From Octopus sinensis (Eukaryota), in contig NC_043013.1 in the NCBI RefSeq assembly GCF_006345805.1, forward strand, positions 50,096,001 to 50,160,000: a stretch of DNA of 64,000 nt. Reading direction: 5' to 3'. Of this stretch, positions 36,025 to 49,544 are shown piece after piece; position 1 is the stretch's first letter; the number at the start of each line of letters is the position of its first letter. The notes beneath the pieces are model-generated. The model ran no database searches. It was not told the DNA's origin and saw nothing but the letters and a program-made list of their open reading frames with translations. Both the position numbers and the translations under genes were made by a program.

Positions 36025-37109
36025 TATACAGAAAAAAACAAGGAGAGAAAAAAATGCGTGTAGGAGCTAATGATTTATCATGGCGTCCTATACATGGCGT
36101 ATATATACATATATACATACCTACCTACACAAGAACTTAGAAACTTTGAAAGAATGTGAAATAATTCATTTTCAAACAGTTGAACTCAAAATAAATATTA
36201 TTTTTTAAAACTTTATTTACTTTCAACAATTGAAAACAAATTTTTGTGTGTGTGCACATGTGATTGTAGAGGCATATAAAAATGATTAGGCTTGATATAT
36301 ATAAATATACATATGCACATGGAGATATATATAGACAGATACATATAAAAAAAATATATTCAGAAAATAACACATATATATAGAAAATAACAAAATATAT
36401 TCAGAAAATAACGCATAGAGATATATATATATATATATACACTAGACTACAGTGACCTGTTGGGGCACTGACGGTTCAGGTTATAAAGCATCGAAGTGGA
36501 TTTCAAGATTGTGGTTAACTGAATCATCATAAAATTCACTTTGATTTCAATGCAAATAAAACTGGCACAACGACAGACTAGCAGAAAGACCAGCCTCCGG
36601 GTGGTGTTCAGCCATCCACTTGATAATGTTTTTAGATTTGATTCCCAATTCTAATAATTTTTATGATAGTTTATGTCTAATTATTCCTTTGTCTAATAGT
36701 GCTCACTTGCTTAATAAATATACATGAATACAAGTGAGAGTGAAAATGGAGGGTGGTTTCTATTGTACTAGAAATGACAACCAAACCTCCCTTGATTTGT
36801 TCACCTTTTCCTCTGAAAATATTTACAATTTTTTTTTTTTACTGAAAAGGCCTTCCATCGTTTTAAGTTGAAGAAAAAATGGCCAAAATTCGTTGGGATA
36901 GTTATTATGTTTTTACATTATGTATATAGAATAAACTGTGGGTTTTGCAAATAGCAAATAAAAAACGTGGAAAACATTAAAATAGAGAGTGAGAGACTTT
37001 GCAAATGAAAATGGAATACTCTACCCTAAATGCAATGAATACTTAAATTTGTGAAAAAATTCAATAAACTTCAGAAATCGAAATGTCGGTCACGTGATAT
37101 ATATATATA

Positions 37110-37489
37110 CACTTGCGTCAGAAATTAATTAGCACTTCTCAAATTTCTACATTAAATAGGTTAAATCAATTAACCTATGAGCTGTTCAAAATGTCTTACG
37201 CGATGAGAAAACTTAGTATGGTGTGATTTCGGTCCTTGCGAGGCACTACCTATATCTATTAAACAAAGGAAGATTTGTCTGCATCCGCACTCCAAGTTGT
37301 TGTTGCACTGCTATGTCAACATCATAAGGCTGTAGACTCTCAAACTGCTCTGCAAACAAAGTTACGTCATCGTTCTGCGCAACAGTGAACTCGCAACAAA
37401 GCAATAGTTCGAGATATGGCCACTAGGTGACAGCACATACCTTGAGTGAAGAGCAAATCAAGAGTGCTAATTAATTTCTGACGGTAGTG
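37110..37489. mobile_element. Tc1/mariner-type MITE, 380 bp, TA flanks
   Basis: CACTTGCGTCAGAAATTAATTAGCAC ... GTGCTAATTAATTTCTGACGGTAGTG; near-identical copy at 53820-54194. Confidence 0.9.
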
Positions 37490-38445
37490 TATATATATAG
37501 AGAGAAATGAATTTACAAAGACCATAAAAGATACAGAATACTTGGGAGAGAATGTACAATCTAATTCAATGGCTGTTTGTGGAAGCTCAGAATCATGTAA
37601 TAATTGAACTGCTCATAATTAGCAGATGGAATGTGCAAAAAATCAACTATTAAATTGTTGCACTTAAATATAACCATAAAACCAGTTTCCTTCATCAGGA
37701 AAAAAGAATTGGGAAAACAGTTGTAACCATTTCTACACTTGTAATCATTTCCCACTTTCAGTAACATTCTTTATGCAAATTTATTATTTTATTCTTTCTT
37801 GCTATGAAGACGTTTGTGAATAAATCTCTCTCTTTCTCAACACTGCTGACTTTCACTATTTACAGAAATTTCACTTATATGTAGAAATCTAGAGAAGTGT
37901 TTGTTTAACACAACCAGCAGTATCATTATAAACTATATGACTAGTATTGTTTTCATTACTGGTTTTCAGTATATTTTTGTTGTTTTGAAAATTGACTAAC
38001 ATATATATCTGCTTCACCATTGAACTCTGTTTCTTTCTGCAGACTTGACAAGATGCAGAAATGAGAAAAGAGTCTCACATAAAAACAGAGTAAACCATTG
38101 TTGAAGATAATTCTAGATGGGAAACTGCCACATATCTTTTCTTGGAAGTTGCATGTTGAGCTCAATTTAAGCAAACTGTTGTTTAAATTAGGTTCAAAAT
38201 GCAAATTCCTTATACAGGCTGAACATTTTTGATGATTTCAATTCAACAAACACTGCCAGATCTGACTGGGCCTGACGAAGCCTTCCAGCTTCACAGACCC
38301 CAGTTGACCCGTCCAACCCATGCTAGCATGGAAAGCGGACGCTAAATGATGATGATGATGATGATGATGGCAGGTTTGATAATCACTTGTTAATTATACA
38401 ATCTGTAAAGTTTCAGAAGATTAAGAGGAGTAAATAGATATAGGT

Positions 38446-38730
38446 GGAGGCGCAATGGCCCAGTGGTTAGGGCAGTGGACTCATGGTCATAGGATCGCGG
38501 TTTCGATTCCCAGACCGGGTGTTGTGTGTGTTTATTGAGCGAAAACACCTAAAAAGCTCCACGAGGCTCCGGCAGGGGGTGGTGATCCCTGCTGTACTCT
38601 TTCACCACTCTTTCTCTCACTCTTTCGTCTGTTGGCCTGCTCGCTTAGCCAGCAGGGTGGCGTCAATCGAAGGCTAAAACAATGCGAACGCATTGTGACC
38701 AGCGATGTGTATCAACATCTGATGGTCTGG
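38446..38730 (+). mobile_element. tRNA-type SINE, family C
   Basis: A-box TGGCCCAGTGG and B-box-like GGTTTCGATTCCC. Confidence 0.75.
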
Positions 38731-40006
38731 TATATATATTAATATATATATTAAAATAGATATAGAGAAAATGGCATCCATATATCTAAGAATGTCAAAA
38801 TCACTAGAATTTATTATCTTCTTTAGAATTGTTTATTTTAGAAATATAGTTGGAAAATGACAGCTTCCACTTTTGATAATTACTTTTGTATCCAGTTTAA
38901 TTAGTGTAAAATACATAGCTTTTGTGTTACAAAAAAACGGTTTTTATTAATTTATATTTAGCAAAACATAAAATGTAAATATTACATTATGGTGTCTATA
39001 GCTTGATATATCAATTGTAGGGCAAACCTATGATTAGGACCAGTGAGGTAATTTTAGCTAACAAGAAGACTTTAGTATCTTAACTTTGGACATTGTGTAG
39101 GGTTAAACATTCAGTTTTTGTCATAACCGTTTGTCTACTACACAATAACTAAACTTTAGGCTGTGATCTATTTTCCGTCACTGTTAGTAAATATTCATAG
39201 ATTCTTGATCCCAAAATAAACTACCAAACTGTACAGAGTACATCTTATATATATTATGGGTGCAGTAGGATTTCAGTCAAGCAGAATGAAAAGCAACAGA
39301 TGCACAAGAGTTAACAATAACAATACTCAGGAAATTTGATCCTTTAATTACCCGGAAGGACTTTTGAATTAGTTAGTTTCTGATGCGTAGATGACTGAAT
39401 GAACCGTGGGGAATGGGAGTAAGTGTTGTAAAAACATAGCAGCTGTCAGGAACAGATGGAAATATTACAGGGGAAGGTGTTACACCTGTTAGGAACAGTT
39501 TTCTTTGCATGTTGTATGATGTGCAATACTTTATGTAAGTACGTATGCACCGAATATGTAGGCAGAAAGAAATGAAGCAAATTTTTTCCTGTGGTGATAT
39601 AATGCCGTTTATATATATCGAGTCCAATCAGCTTACCCAGATTTCTCTTATTGCTACTCTGTGAAGAAACATTTTGTTGTGAAGAAACATTTTGTTGCTT
39701 AAGTTCAAATCATTAGAGTACTACTATGTGTATTCTAAATAGAGCATCAGTAGATCTCACTTTTGATATGGGGTGTGTGTGTGTGTGCACGTAGACTGAC
39801 AGACAGACAGATATGTTTGCTTTCACAAATATGACAAAGAAGACATAATACAGAGTCTATATAAGACTGAATTGACTGAGTTTGATGCAGAAATAATTTA
39901 GAGCCTACAGGGTGATGACAAGGTGCTTATCAAGTTGGTGGTTAAAAATTTCAGAGCTAAAAAACTTTAGTTCTTTTGGTGATTCTTGTGACAATCACAG
40001 CTTATA

Positions 40007-40059
<53 letters not shown>

Positions 40060-41446
40060 ATATATATATATTCTTTTACTTGTTTCAGCCATTTGACTGT
40101 GGCCATGCTGGAGCACCACCTTTAGTCAAGCAAATCGACCCAAGGACTTATTCTTTGTAAGCCTAGTACTTAAGTACTATAAATTCTTATTTTGATACCC
40201 TTATAAATTGTTATTTTTCTTGTTCTAAAATAGATATTTTTCAGTTACTTAAATTTATGCAAGATAATTATGCTATATCCATATAAACATATAAATATTT
40301 GTGTATGTGTATATATGTACATATATAAACGAGTGTGTATCTGTAAGCCTCTTTCCATTTTTCTGATTCGTGGCTTAAAATTAATAGATAGCATGTATAT
40401 CTTTCCAGTTATTCCATATGTAAATGCCCTGAGCAGTTTTTATAGAAACTACCTAATAAGTAATTAATTAAGTACATGAATGAATATTAAACCGATTCTG
40501 TGTAATCTTTCCTTTTTAACATTTATAATTGATATATACACACCTTTTACCTATCTTGGTTATGATATAATTTTTTAATTCTTAAATTTTATTTTTATAC
40601 AGCATAACAATATTGTTTATAAACAAACACCCATAGTGCCCCTAAATAAAATTTCCTTCTTAGGTTTCTTAACTTCTCGCCCCTTTAATTGGTAATTAAT
40701 ATCATGATTTAAAGTCAACCTCTACCCTGCCTCTTTTCATAGACAGTTATTTTTACCCAACTGACTACTCCTAATGTCTCATTTCCTCATTGAGGAAAAG
40801 GGATACATATAATATTTATGACCATACCTAGCCATAAGCTGTCAACTCATTCTTGTCCTTTATTCAAAATAGACACAGCCTTTAGTAATTGATAAAGAGA
40901 TAAATGAATTACAATCTCTTACAACACTATGATCCCACTATGCTCCATGTGATTCTTAGAAGTGTAGTCTATTCTTAGCTACAATAGTAACCACATGAAT
41001 TTCTTCCATCTTCTTACACTGTTAAAATATTTGAGAAAAATTTTATTAATGTGTCCAACTTGTTAAAATTCCATATATTTATTTGCGCACCTGAAGACGG
41101 CATTGCATTTAAATTAAATGGAGCTACTTGATATCCTGTTGCTTATTTTGATTTTACTTTGAGCAGTGCAGATAATACCGAACTGACTTGATGTGTGTAT
41201 GTGTGTGTGTGTGCATGTATTTAATACCCTTTTCCCTGTCATTAAATCTTATATATACACTTCACTGTCTGAGTTACCATATCCTGATAGAAATACAGCT
41301 GAAGGTTTTTGACAATTGCTATTTTCAACATTCCTACATTCTTCTATCTGTCTTTCGCTCATGTTTACTGCTTCCTAATATAATTCTCAGTGTCGGTTAT
41401 GTGTTGTTCAGCACCCTGTACACTACACAGATTGCCACTGGAATAA

Positions 41447-41758
41447 TTAGCAACTGCTAGAATTAACATTAACTTCAGAAACTGGTTGGGAAATTTCTAA
41501 ACTATTTCCAACTGAATTTATATCTATTGTTAAAGCTACTGGTACTGTTTGGTCCTTATTTCCATTACCCGATTCCCTTTGTAATCTGTCTTCCTGCTCC
41601 TCTGGTAAAGGTTGTTGCACTATGTTCTCGCTGCTTGCTTCATCATTACCTCCTCTTGAATCAACACAATCAGTAGCAGATGTTTGTTGCATATATTCCT
41701 GATATGTTGGTGGCATTCCTGAGGGTTCGTTACTGTTACTGTGAGACCAGTTAAATGC
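41447..41758 (-). CDS. CUB-LDLa receptor, last coding exon (103 aa plus TAA), contains PPTY
   Basis: ccattgcAG acceptor, phase 0 matching the 43993 donor; AFNWSHSNSNEPSGMPPTYQEY...NSSSC*. Confidence 0.85.
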   Translation of the reverse strand, partial: AFNWSHSNSNEPSGMPPTYQEYMQQTSATDCVDSRGGNDEASSENIVQQPLPEEQEDRLQRESGNGNKDQTVPVALTIDINSVGNSLEISQPVSEVNVNSSSC

Positions 41759-42229
41759 CTGCAATGGAAAAATATTGGAAATCAAATTGTGTAGTGGCAA
41801 GAATAATTTTTGAAAATGTTTAAATGTAATTTCTATTGTACTTTTTCTTGGAGAGCTTCCAAAAAAGAAACATTTTGATACCTAATTTGTGAAATTTTAT
41901 TTTAGGAAATATGACTGAAATGGCTGAAATTTTACCTAATTTGCATAAATGAATAAGTAGCTATATTTGTAATGTCATATATTTGTAATGTCATATATTT
42001 GAAACTGAGATGATAATTAGCTTCAAATTACACAAATTAATAATGACCAGAGTATAGTAGTTGCCCAATTTTTTTCAAGAAAGAAAACTTTTTTTTGGCA
42101 GTATTTTAAATATTTATGTAACAAATGGTCAGTTTTTGAAATGTTTTTAGACCTTGTTAAATCTAAAACTACAAGCCACAGGAACTTGAGGTTTGGTACA
42201 TTTGTAGTAGGTATTCTATACCTACTACA

Positions 42230-42510
42230 TTTTTTCACACTTAGAGTTGCTGAAGCATGGAACAAACTGCAGGCATCGGTTGTTAGTTGTCGGAGCACTG
42301 CATCCTTCAAAACTTCCATGCTTCCTGAGATTCGCCAACACTACACTTGATTTTCTCCCCTCCATACACACACAAGCATGTATCTGACTCATACATTGTT
42401 CGCTTTCCAGACATTTCTACATTACTGCATATGCTTTATATGCACTTTCTGAAAAGTTGTGGTGCACCTGAGCACTGTATACAATAATTTCATTATTATT
42501 ATTATTATAC
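42230..42510 (+). mobile_element. CR1-type 3' fragment with (TAT)n tail
   Basis: FFTLRVAEAWNKLQASVVSC; same family as 34141 and 62498. Confidence 0.8.
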
Positions 42511-43187
42511 TAAATAAATAAATCCTAAGATTTTGGGAAATGACAGATTTTCCATAAAATGTTAATTAGACTATTAAAAATGGCTATAAATAGCAGAATT
42601 TCTGATCAGAATGCTCGCATAAGTTGAATTATCTTTGTTTTGATGGGGATTTTTCCCACATTTTTTCTCACCACAGCCTTGGAAATTATTGGGGGTGGGG
42701 AACACACACATTTTATACAAGAAATTTCAGAAAATTTGTGCTTTTTATTCACACCTCCAGGTTATTTTTGGAGCACTAGGCACTTAAAAAAAGCAAATGG
42801 AGAAAAAAAAAAAATTATGTAGAAAAAAAAAATTATGAAAATATTTCAAGATGAAAAGCTGTGATTTAATGGAGGATTAGCTGCTGTTTCTAGTAATCCT
42901 GTGACAACCTGAAAACAGCAGCTAAATCCCCCTCAAATCATATACTTTTACATCTCAAGATATTCTCATAATTTTTCCCCCACCATAAAGGCTTTTCCCA
43001 TTGCATTTTAAGTGCCTAATGCAAAAAAGAAGAAAAAGCCAAAATCGGTTTGAAGAAATTATATTCTTTTCTAAATGAAAATTAATGATAAAATTTTAAC
43101 TTTTTTATTTTGTAATGATTATCTGACCTAACCCCATTGAGCTTTATATAAAAATAAAGCTAAAACACACACACACACACATATATA

Positions 43188-43618
43188 TCTTTATATATAA
43201 AAGTGAAGTTGTGTGTCTGTCTCCTACGATTTAGATTCCTAACTACTCCCACATTTTGCGGTGCAGTGTAACCAAAAGCGGGTATCTTATAGTCGTGATT
43301 CATATCGAGCCCTTCTGGGTATTAGCACGCGTCTACGATTTGTCTACGATTTAAAAAAAAATTTACCATAATTTTTTCCCATTTTCAATGCATTTTTTTG
43401 CTATTATATAAAGGAAGTAACTCTCTAAAAATGTATTATTAAATCTCAGAACGTAAAAAAACTACAGTAACACCCCCCCCCCCTCTTTGTGGTTAGCCAT
43501 ATTGAGATGGCTATTATACTTTACATCTCTAAAAATGCTTACATCTCTAAAATGCTTTACATCTCTAAAAATAGTTATTTCCCATACAAACCCAAGCAAC
43601 GCCGGGCGATACTGCTAG
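43188..43618 (+). mobile_element. Non-autonomous Helitron
   Basis: A|TC start, GC-rich subterminal CCC..GCAACGCCGGGCG, CTAG|T end. Confidence 0.8.
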
Positions 43619-43632
43619 TATATATATATATA

Positions 43633-43773
43633 TTAGGTTGTCCCAAAAGTTTGTAAACACTTGCGAAAATTGAATTTTTACTCGCCAAGTACTAACAAAA
43701 ACAACAAAAATTATTCCTCAAAATAAAGACCATTATTTTCCAAGACTTTCTACAAACTTTTGGGACAACCTTA
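43633..43773. mobile_element. mariner-type MITE in a TA tract
   Basis: TAGGTTGTCCCAAAAGTTTGT ... ACAAACTTTTGGGACAACCTTA. Confidence 0.8.
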
Positions 43774-43992
43774 TATATATATATAATTTTTGGCAAAATG
43801 GCACTTGAGCACACTAAACTAAAAGGAGAGTTACTGTTTAGCAGCCGAAATAAAAATGCTGAAAGCCTCATCATCAATGACTCATATAAACTGAAAAACA
43901 GAAAAAGTAAAAACATCCATTTACATGGCAGCAAAGCAGTTGTGACTGTTCTCGTAAACTTTTGTTAAATTCAAGAAGCATGTTTTTCTTAC

Positions 43993-44102
43993 CAAATTAA
44001 AATTGCCCTGTAAACCGCTTGGTGTCATAACTTCATCATAGGCTGGAGGTGCATCTCGCTCACCTTCAAACGTTAGATTCATTCTTATGTGGTTGTGGTT
44101 TG
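43993..44102 (-). CDS. CUB-LDLa receptor, cytoplasmic exon (110 nt), contains PPAY
   Basis: ctcttttttAG acceptor, GTaaga donor, phase 1-0; NHNHIRMNLTFEGERDAPPAYDEVMTPSGLQGNFNL. Confidence 0.88.
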
Positions 44103-44299
44103 CTAAAAAAGAGGATGATTTTGTAAAATGTGGGTAGAAAATTATAAGTATCCGTATATTTCTACGATATTATATTTCAACAATAACTTTACATAAAATA
44201 AACCTTAGTGTACTCTAACATGAACCCCTTACCAATTAAAACTAAGTTTTCAATATAATACAGCTATCAACTATCGTTTGTCAAAGTAGAAGCAATAAT

Positions 44300-44840
44300 A
44301 ATAATAATAATAATAATAATGTTATCATGTACATTGTTTTGTAATGTTATCATGTACATTGTTTTGTCTTGGTATAAAAGATGGGCTACAGCAAATATTC
44401 TGCTCAATACCACAGATTTGCTTGTCAGTTGTTTGACCTTAACCAGTTGAGCATGTCCCTTAGTGGCTGACGATATGTGCATCTCTGATCACGAGCAGAA
44501 GTAGTGGGGGAGCATCATAGCCATGTGTTGAGAGGGATTCTTTGGGGTTTGAATAATTCACCTCTGGAAACATGGGTGGTTCTTTCAACATCCTTAAACA
44601 ACCCTTATTCAGGGACCTTTTGAGCGGGATGGGCTACTCAACCTGAAGAAAATTCTAACTGGGCCCCACCTGCAAGGTCATGTGCTGTTTATCTTGAGAT
44701 GAGATCACCATGTCGCGCACATATGGTTGTGATGCATGTGCCTGGTGTACCCTTATCAGATGGGTAGTCATGATGGGTATATTGGGCTTCGTATATTTTA
44801 CCCAAGTGTCACTTTGATGGCATGAACTGCTCTCTCACTC

Positions 44841-44882
<42 letters not shown>
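44300..44882 (+). mobile_element. Interspersed repeat with (TAA)n tail, retroposon-like
   Basis: GC-richer block between two (TAA)n tracts; family not assigned. Confidence 0.45.
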
Positions 44883-45404
44883 CCCTTCTGCTATAGGCAC
44901 AAAGCCTGAAATTTAGTGGGAGGGGGGGGTCAATCAATTAGATCGACCCCAGTATGCAACTGGTACTTAATTTATCAGCAGCTGTAGTGATATCCAGGGA
45001 ATCTGGACTTGACCCTTACAAAGATAAAAGAAACCAACCAAATGTGTTTTGTGCAGACTTAAATAAACCTTATTCAGGGACCATTTGAAATGGTTTTTAT
45101 GGCTGGATGCCCTTCCTAGTTTTTTTTTTTTAGAAAAGGCATAGAAAGGTAGGAGACTGAGTTCACATCATATGGACAAAACCTAAGTATGTTAAGAGTC
45201 AAGAGAGAGATTTTTCAAGGAAATAGTGTCTCCTTTACTATTTGTTTTATGAATAATATCTTTAATATTGCTACAGACAAAATTAACATAAAGAAAAACA
45301 GCAAAAGATCTAGAATTGATTGTTTATGGATGATCTCAAGATACATAACGAAGAAGCTCAAGTCAGCTCAAGTTAGTTCTTTAGTAAACACAGTGGGAAT
45401 GAAA

Positions 45405-46242
45405 TCTTTATATATAAAATATATATAAAACTGTAGTTGTGTGAGTGTCTGTCCCCTTCGATTTAGATTCCTAACTACTCCCACATTTTGCGGTGCAGTT
45501 TAACCAAATTCGGGTATCTTATAGTCGTGATTCATATTGAGCCCGTCTGAGTATTAGCGCGCGTCAACGATGAGTCTACGATTTTAAAAATAATTTAACA
45601 TCATTTTTTATTCCATTTTAATGCATAATTTTTCGTGTGTCGATGGCGGCGGAGTTGGCGTCCACGTTCACACCTGCACCTGTTTGCTTCTCCCCTTCTT
45701 CCCTCCCTCGTGAAGCTGTGGGGAAGGGAGTGTAAGGAAATCAACGTCGTAAAGCGTTGTCAAGGAGACCAGCGTTCTTTTAGAACAACGACTTCATGGC
45801 TTGAAGACACTGAGTCAACGATTTAAAAAAAAAATTATAATTTTTTATTCCATTTTTAATGCATTTTTTTGCTATAACTCTCTAAAAATGCTTATATAGT
45901 TATTTCCCTTACAAACCCGAGCAACGCCGGGCGATACTGCTAGTATAAAACTAAAGTTGTGTGTGTGTCTGTCTACTCCGATTTAGATTCCTAACTACTC
46001 CCACATTTTGCGGTGCAGTTTAACCAAAAGCGGGTATCTTATAGTTGTGATTCATATCGAGCCCTTCTGGGTATTAGCGCGCGTCTACGATGAGTCTATG
46101 ATTAAAAAAAAAAATTTACCATCATTTTTTCGTTTTTTTAATGCATTTTTTACTCGGTTTTATATAAGGAAAGTAACTCTCTAAAAATGCTTATATAGTT
46201 ATTTCCCTTACAAACCCGAGCAACGCCGGGCGATACTGCTAG
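45405..46242 (+). mobile_element. Two head-to-tail non-autonomous Helitrons (45405-45943, 45944-46242)
   Basis: Both end in GCAACGCCGGGCGATACTGCTAG; the second starts directly after the first CTAG. Confidence 0.85.
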
Positions 46243-46556
46243 AGTGGTCTAAAAATATGTGGAGATGTATTCCCAAATGAGAAGGAAAGAACAGATTTGA
46301 AGGTGTGGAAGGAATGGAGAGTATTGGTGATAATGGGTAAAAATGTTAGGGTATAACGGAGATGAATGGTATGATGGTAGAAGATATGGCATGAGACTTT
46401 ATGCAACAGTAATTCTGAAGACTTAGACTGGTGTTTTGGAGAAAAGTGAATGGCAAGGAGAATCCTTACCATTCTTGTCTTTTGTTGAGATATAACCTGT
46501 CAATATTGCTCTTGGGATTGTGAGTAGCTTTCTCAGTCTGAGTAAAAAAAGAGTTA

Positions 46557-46795
46557 CATCATCATCATCATCATTGTTTAACATCTGCCTTCCATGCTAG
46601 CATGGGTTGGACGGTTCGACCGGGGATCTGGGAAGCCAGAAGGCTGCACCAGGCTCCGGTCTTATCTGGCAATGTTTCTACAGCTGGATGCCCTTCCTAA
46701 CGCCAACCACTCCGTGAGTGTAGTGGGTGCTTTTTACGTCCCACCGGCACGGAAGCCAGTCGAGGCGGCACTGGCTTCGGCCACGATTCGGAGGC
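46557..46795 (-). mobile_element. RTE 3' tail fragment
   Basis: (CAT)n plus the reverse-complemented tail. Confidence 0.85.
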
Positions 46796-47224
46796 TAGAC
46801 TGAAAATTGAGAAAGCTGCTCGCAATGCATGGGGCATCTGATCCCAAGAGCAACAATATCGACAGGTTATATCTCAACGAAAGACAAGGATGGCAAGGAT
46901 TCTCCTTGCTATGAAAGTTGTATATGTTCAGAAGAAAGAAGTTTGGGCTGGTATAGCAAGAATGTGATATCGTTTCAGATGGGAATATACAGTATAGTCA
47001 GGATTGATATAGTCAGCATAGAGACAGAGGACTACAAAGAGAAAAAAAAAAGTCTAAGGGAGACAAAAAGAAATGGAATGGAAGAAAGTTTGCAGGAAAA
47101 GTGAGCAGAAATACAGATACTGGTTAAGGTAGAGTGACTTGAAGCCAGGGACCGAAGCACTACCTGTGCTGTGTAAGAACAAGCACATAGGATAAATTAC
47201 ATCAAATGCAGGATTGGCAGTATA

Positions 47225-47460
47225 CCTATTTCTATTTCTTTATTACCCACAAGGGGCTAAACACAGAGGGGACAAACAAGGACAGACACAGGTATTAAGT
47301 CGATTACATCAACCCCAGTGCGTAACTGGTACTTAATTTATCGACCCCGAAAGGATGAAAGGCAAAGTCGACCTCGGCGGAATTTGAACTCAGAACGTAA
47401 CGACAGACGAAATACGGCTAAGTATTTCGCCCGGCGTTCTAACGTTTCTGCCAGCTCGCT
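47225..47460 (-). mobile_element. tRNA-type SINE, family B
   Basis: Matches the other family B copies. Confidence 0.85.
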
Positions 47461-47537
47461 GTATACCAGAAAGTGACAGCTATTGAGTTTGCAGTGATAA
47501 AGGGCAGACTGAATGGCATATTGTGAATAAATGCATG

Positions 47538-47690
47538 GAATTGGTCCAAAAAGAATACAAAAGAAGACACAGTAATGTCACATTTGGAGCTATATAGCAA
47601 GTGTAGATAGAATGGAGCAAAGAAGTGGTATGAACAAACTCCAGAATGAGTAATTGAGAATGGCAAGATATTGTGGGATGTAGTGATCCA
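47538..47690 (+). mobile_element. R4/Dong-like RLE LINE relic
   Basis: ELVQKEYKRRHSNV and KKWYEQTPE*VIENGKILWDVVIQ across a frameshift. Confidence 0.55.
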
Positions 47691-48061
47691 AATAAAATTA
47701 TTTTCCTTTGACAGAACCATTAACTTTAAATAGAATTGTTTGTCTGCTAACTGTGAGTAATGGCCGCAACAGTTACAAACCAACGGCACTGGACCCTTTA
47801 CAAAAAGGGTTTCCACTAGCAAAAATAATGGCACAGATTGTGGAAGTAAATGTTATAGACTCTTCCCTAACTTCAAGTCTTTTAGTAATCTTTGGAATGA
47901 TTTAGTTAAACAGATAATGCTTGTGCAAGAGAAAGAGGTAACTAGATTAGTACTATATGTGAACAGCTGAAACAAGGGTGTGAACCTACCCTTTTTTCCT
48001 CTATGTTCACCCATCTCTTCATCCGTTCCCTTCTACAAAGAATTGAATTTAAAAATCTTAC

Positions 48062-48214
48062 CCCTGACAGAATTTCGTCTGTTAGCTTGTCGAATTCTGC
48101 GAATCTTGCAAACAAATATGAAAAATAAGCACAATGACAGAATAATAAAGGTTGTTACAACAATTATTATGATTAGACTGTAACTCCAATATGAAGGATA
48201 TGATTTTCTGGTAT
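48062..48214 (-). CDS. CUB-LDLa receptor, transmembrane exon (153 nt)
   Basis: Long polypyrimidine tract plus cAG, GTaaga donor, phase 1-1; YSLIIIIVVTTFIILSLCLFFIFVC followed by the basic stop-transfer KIRRIR. Confidence 0.9.
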
Positions 48215-48464
48215 CTGAAAAAGAAAAAAAAAAAAGAATCAGTTGTTAATGCTTTAGTAATTAACTCATCTAATTTTAACCATGGTTCTATTTAAGAACA
48301 ATCAATGTTTCAACATCAATTTATAATATACCAATATAAAATTAGTTTCAGCAATTTTCTTCATGATTTTGAAAATCAATTAAAATGCACAAATTCTTCT
48401 TAGAAATATGATCAGTAAAAGATAGTAATGCATAAGAAGATTGTTTAATGTTTCCATCTACATG

Positions 48465-48905
48465 CACGTAAAAAGCACCATCCGATCATGGCCGTTGCCA
48501 GCCTTGCCTGGCCCCCGTGCCGGTGGCATGTAAAAAGCACCACCCAACCGTGTCCGTTGCCAGCGCTGCCCCGACTGGCCTCCGTGCTGGTGGCACGTAA
48601 AAAGCACCACCCGACCGTGTCCATTGCCAGCGCCACCCCGACTGGCCCCCGTGCCGGTAGCACGTAAAAAGCACCATCCGTCTGGGGCCATTTGCCAGCC
48701 TCGTCTGGCACCTGTGCGGGTGGCACGTAAAAAGCACCCACTACACTCACGGAGTGGTTGGCGTTAGGAAGGGCATCCAGCCGTAGAAACACTGCCAGAT
48801 CAGACTGGGCCTGGTGCAGCCTTCTGGCTTCCCAGACCCCAGTTGAACTGTCCAACCCATGCTAGCATGGAAAGCGGATGTTAAACGATGATGATGATGA
48901 TGATG
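48465..48905 (+). mobile_element. RTE 3' UTR fragment, 5 repeat units plus (GAT)n
   Basis: Homologous to 20200-20630. Confidence 0.85.
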
Positions 48906-49544
48906 TTTTATTAATATATTTTCAGTAGTAATAAATTTGCCTTTAGACAACCCTAAGGTGTTACATAAATTTACTTTGCAGGTGCTCAAGGGCTTTTTAA
49001 AACAAGTCAACAAAAGGAGAAGAGACAGTGTACTTAACAGCATCAGTTCCTCTGAGCAACAAGTGAGATTGATGCGATTAATGTTCAAACTGAACGTTTG
49101 TAGGTTGAAATCGGTAGAAGATATATCTGCAGCAAGTGACTTCAAGAGGGTTGCAATCTTCAGGAAGGACAAGCAAAATGTCTAGAGTAAGGTCTGAGTG
49201 ATAAGACATATTAAGAATAATAGGTAGCTTCAGTGGGTCTACGTGAAGAAGGTGTGCAGTGAGCCTCCTTACCAGGCCAGCACTTGGTAAGGTTGCTGGT
49301 TTAGTCAGTGAAAGAATGGTATTGCACCGGCATTGCCACTGTATTATTATTGTTGCTGTTGTGTTCTACTGCATCTTGACTATTATTTGTCTCCTGACGA
49401 TATATTGAGCTTCCTGCTGTTTCTACTTCAATTTCCTCTATTTCTTCTACACAGCCATGTTCATCTTTCATTGTTTCCTAATGATGACGATGAGGTTTTC
49501 TCTATTCCTGCTCAATTTGTAGTTGCTGATGATGTATTATGATG

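Noticed and set aside
38446-38520. tRNA gene candidates at SINE heads (also 13364, 15218, 22761, 51755, 61376)
   Set aside because: A/B boxes are present but there is no complete cloverleaf; each continues into a shared SINE body.
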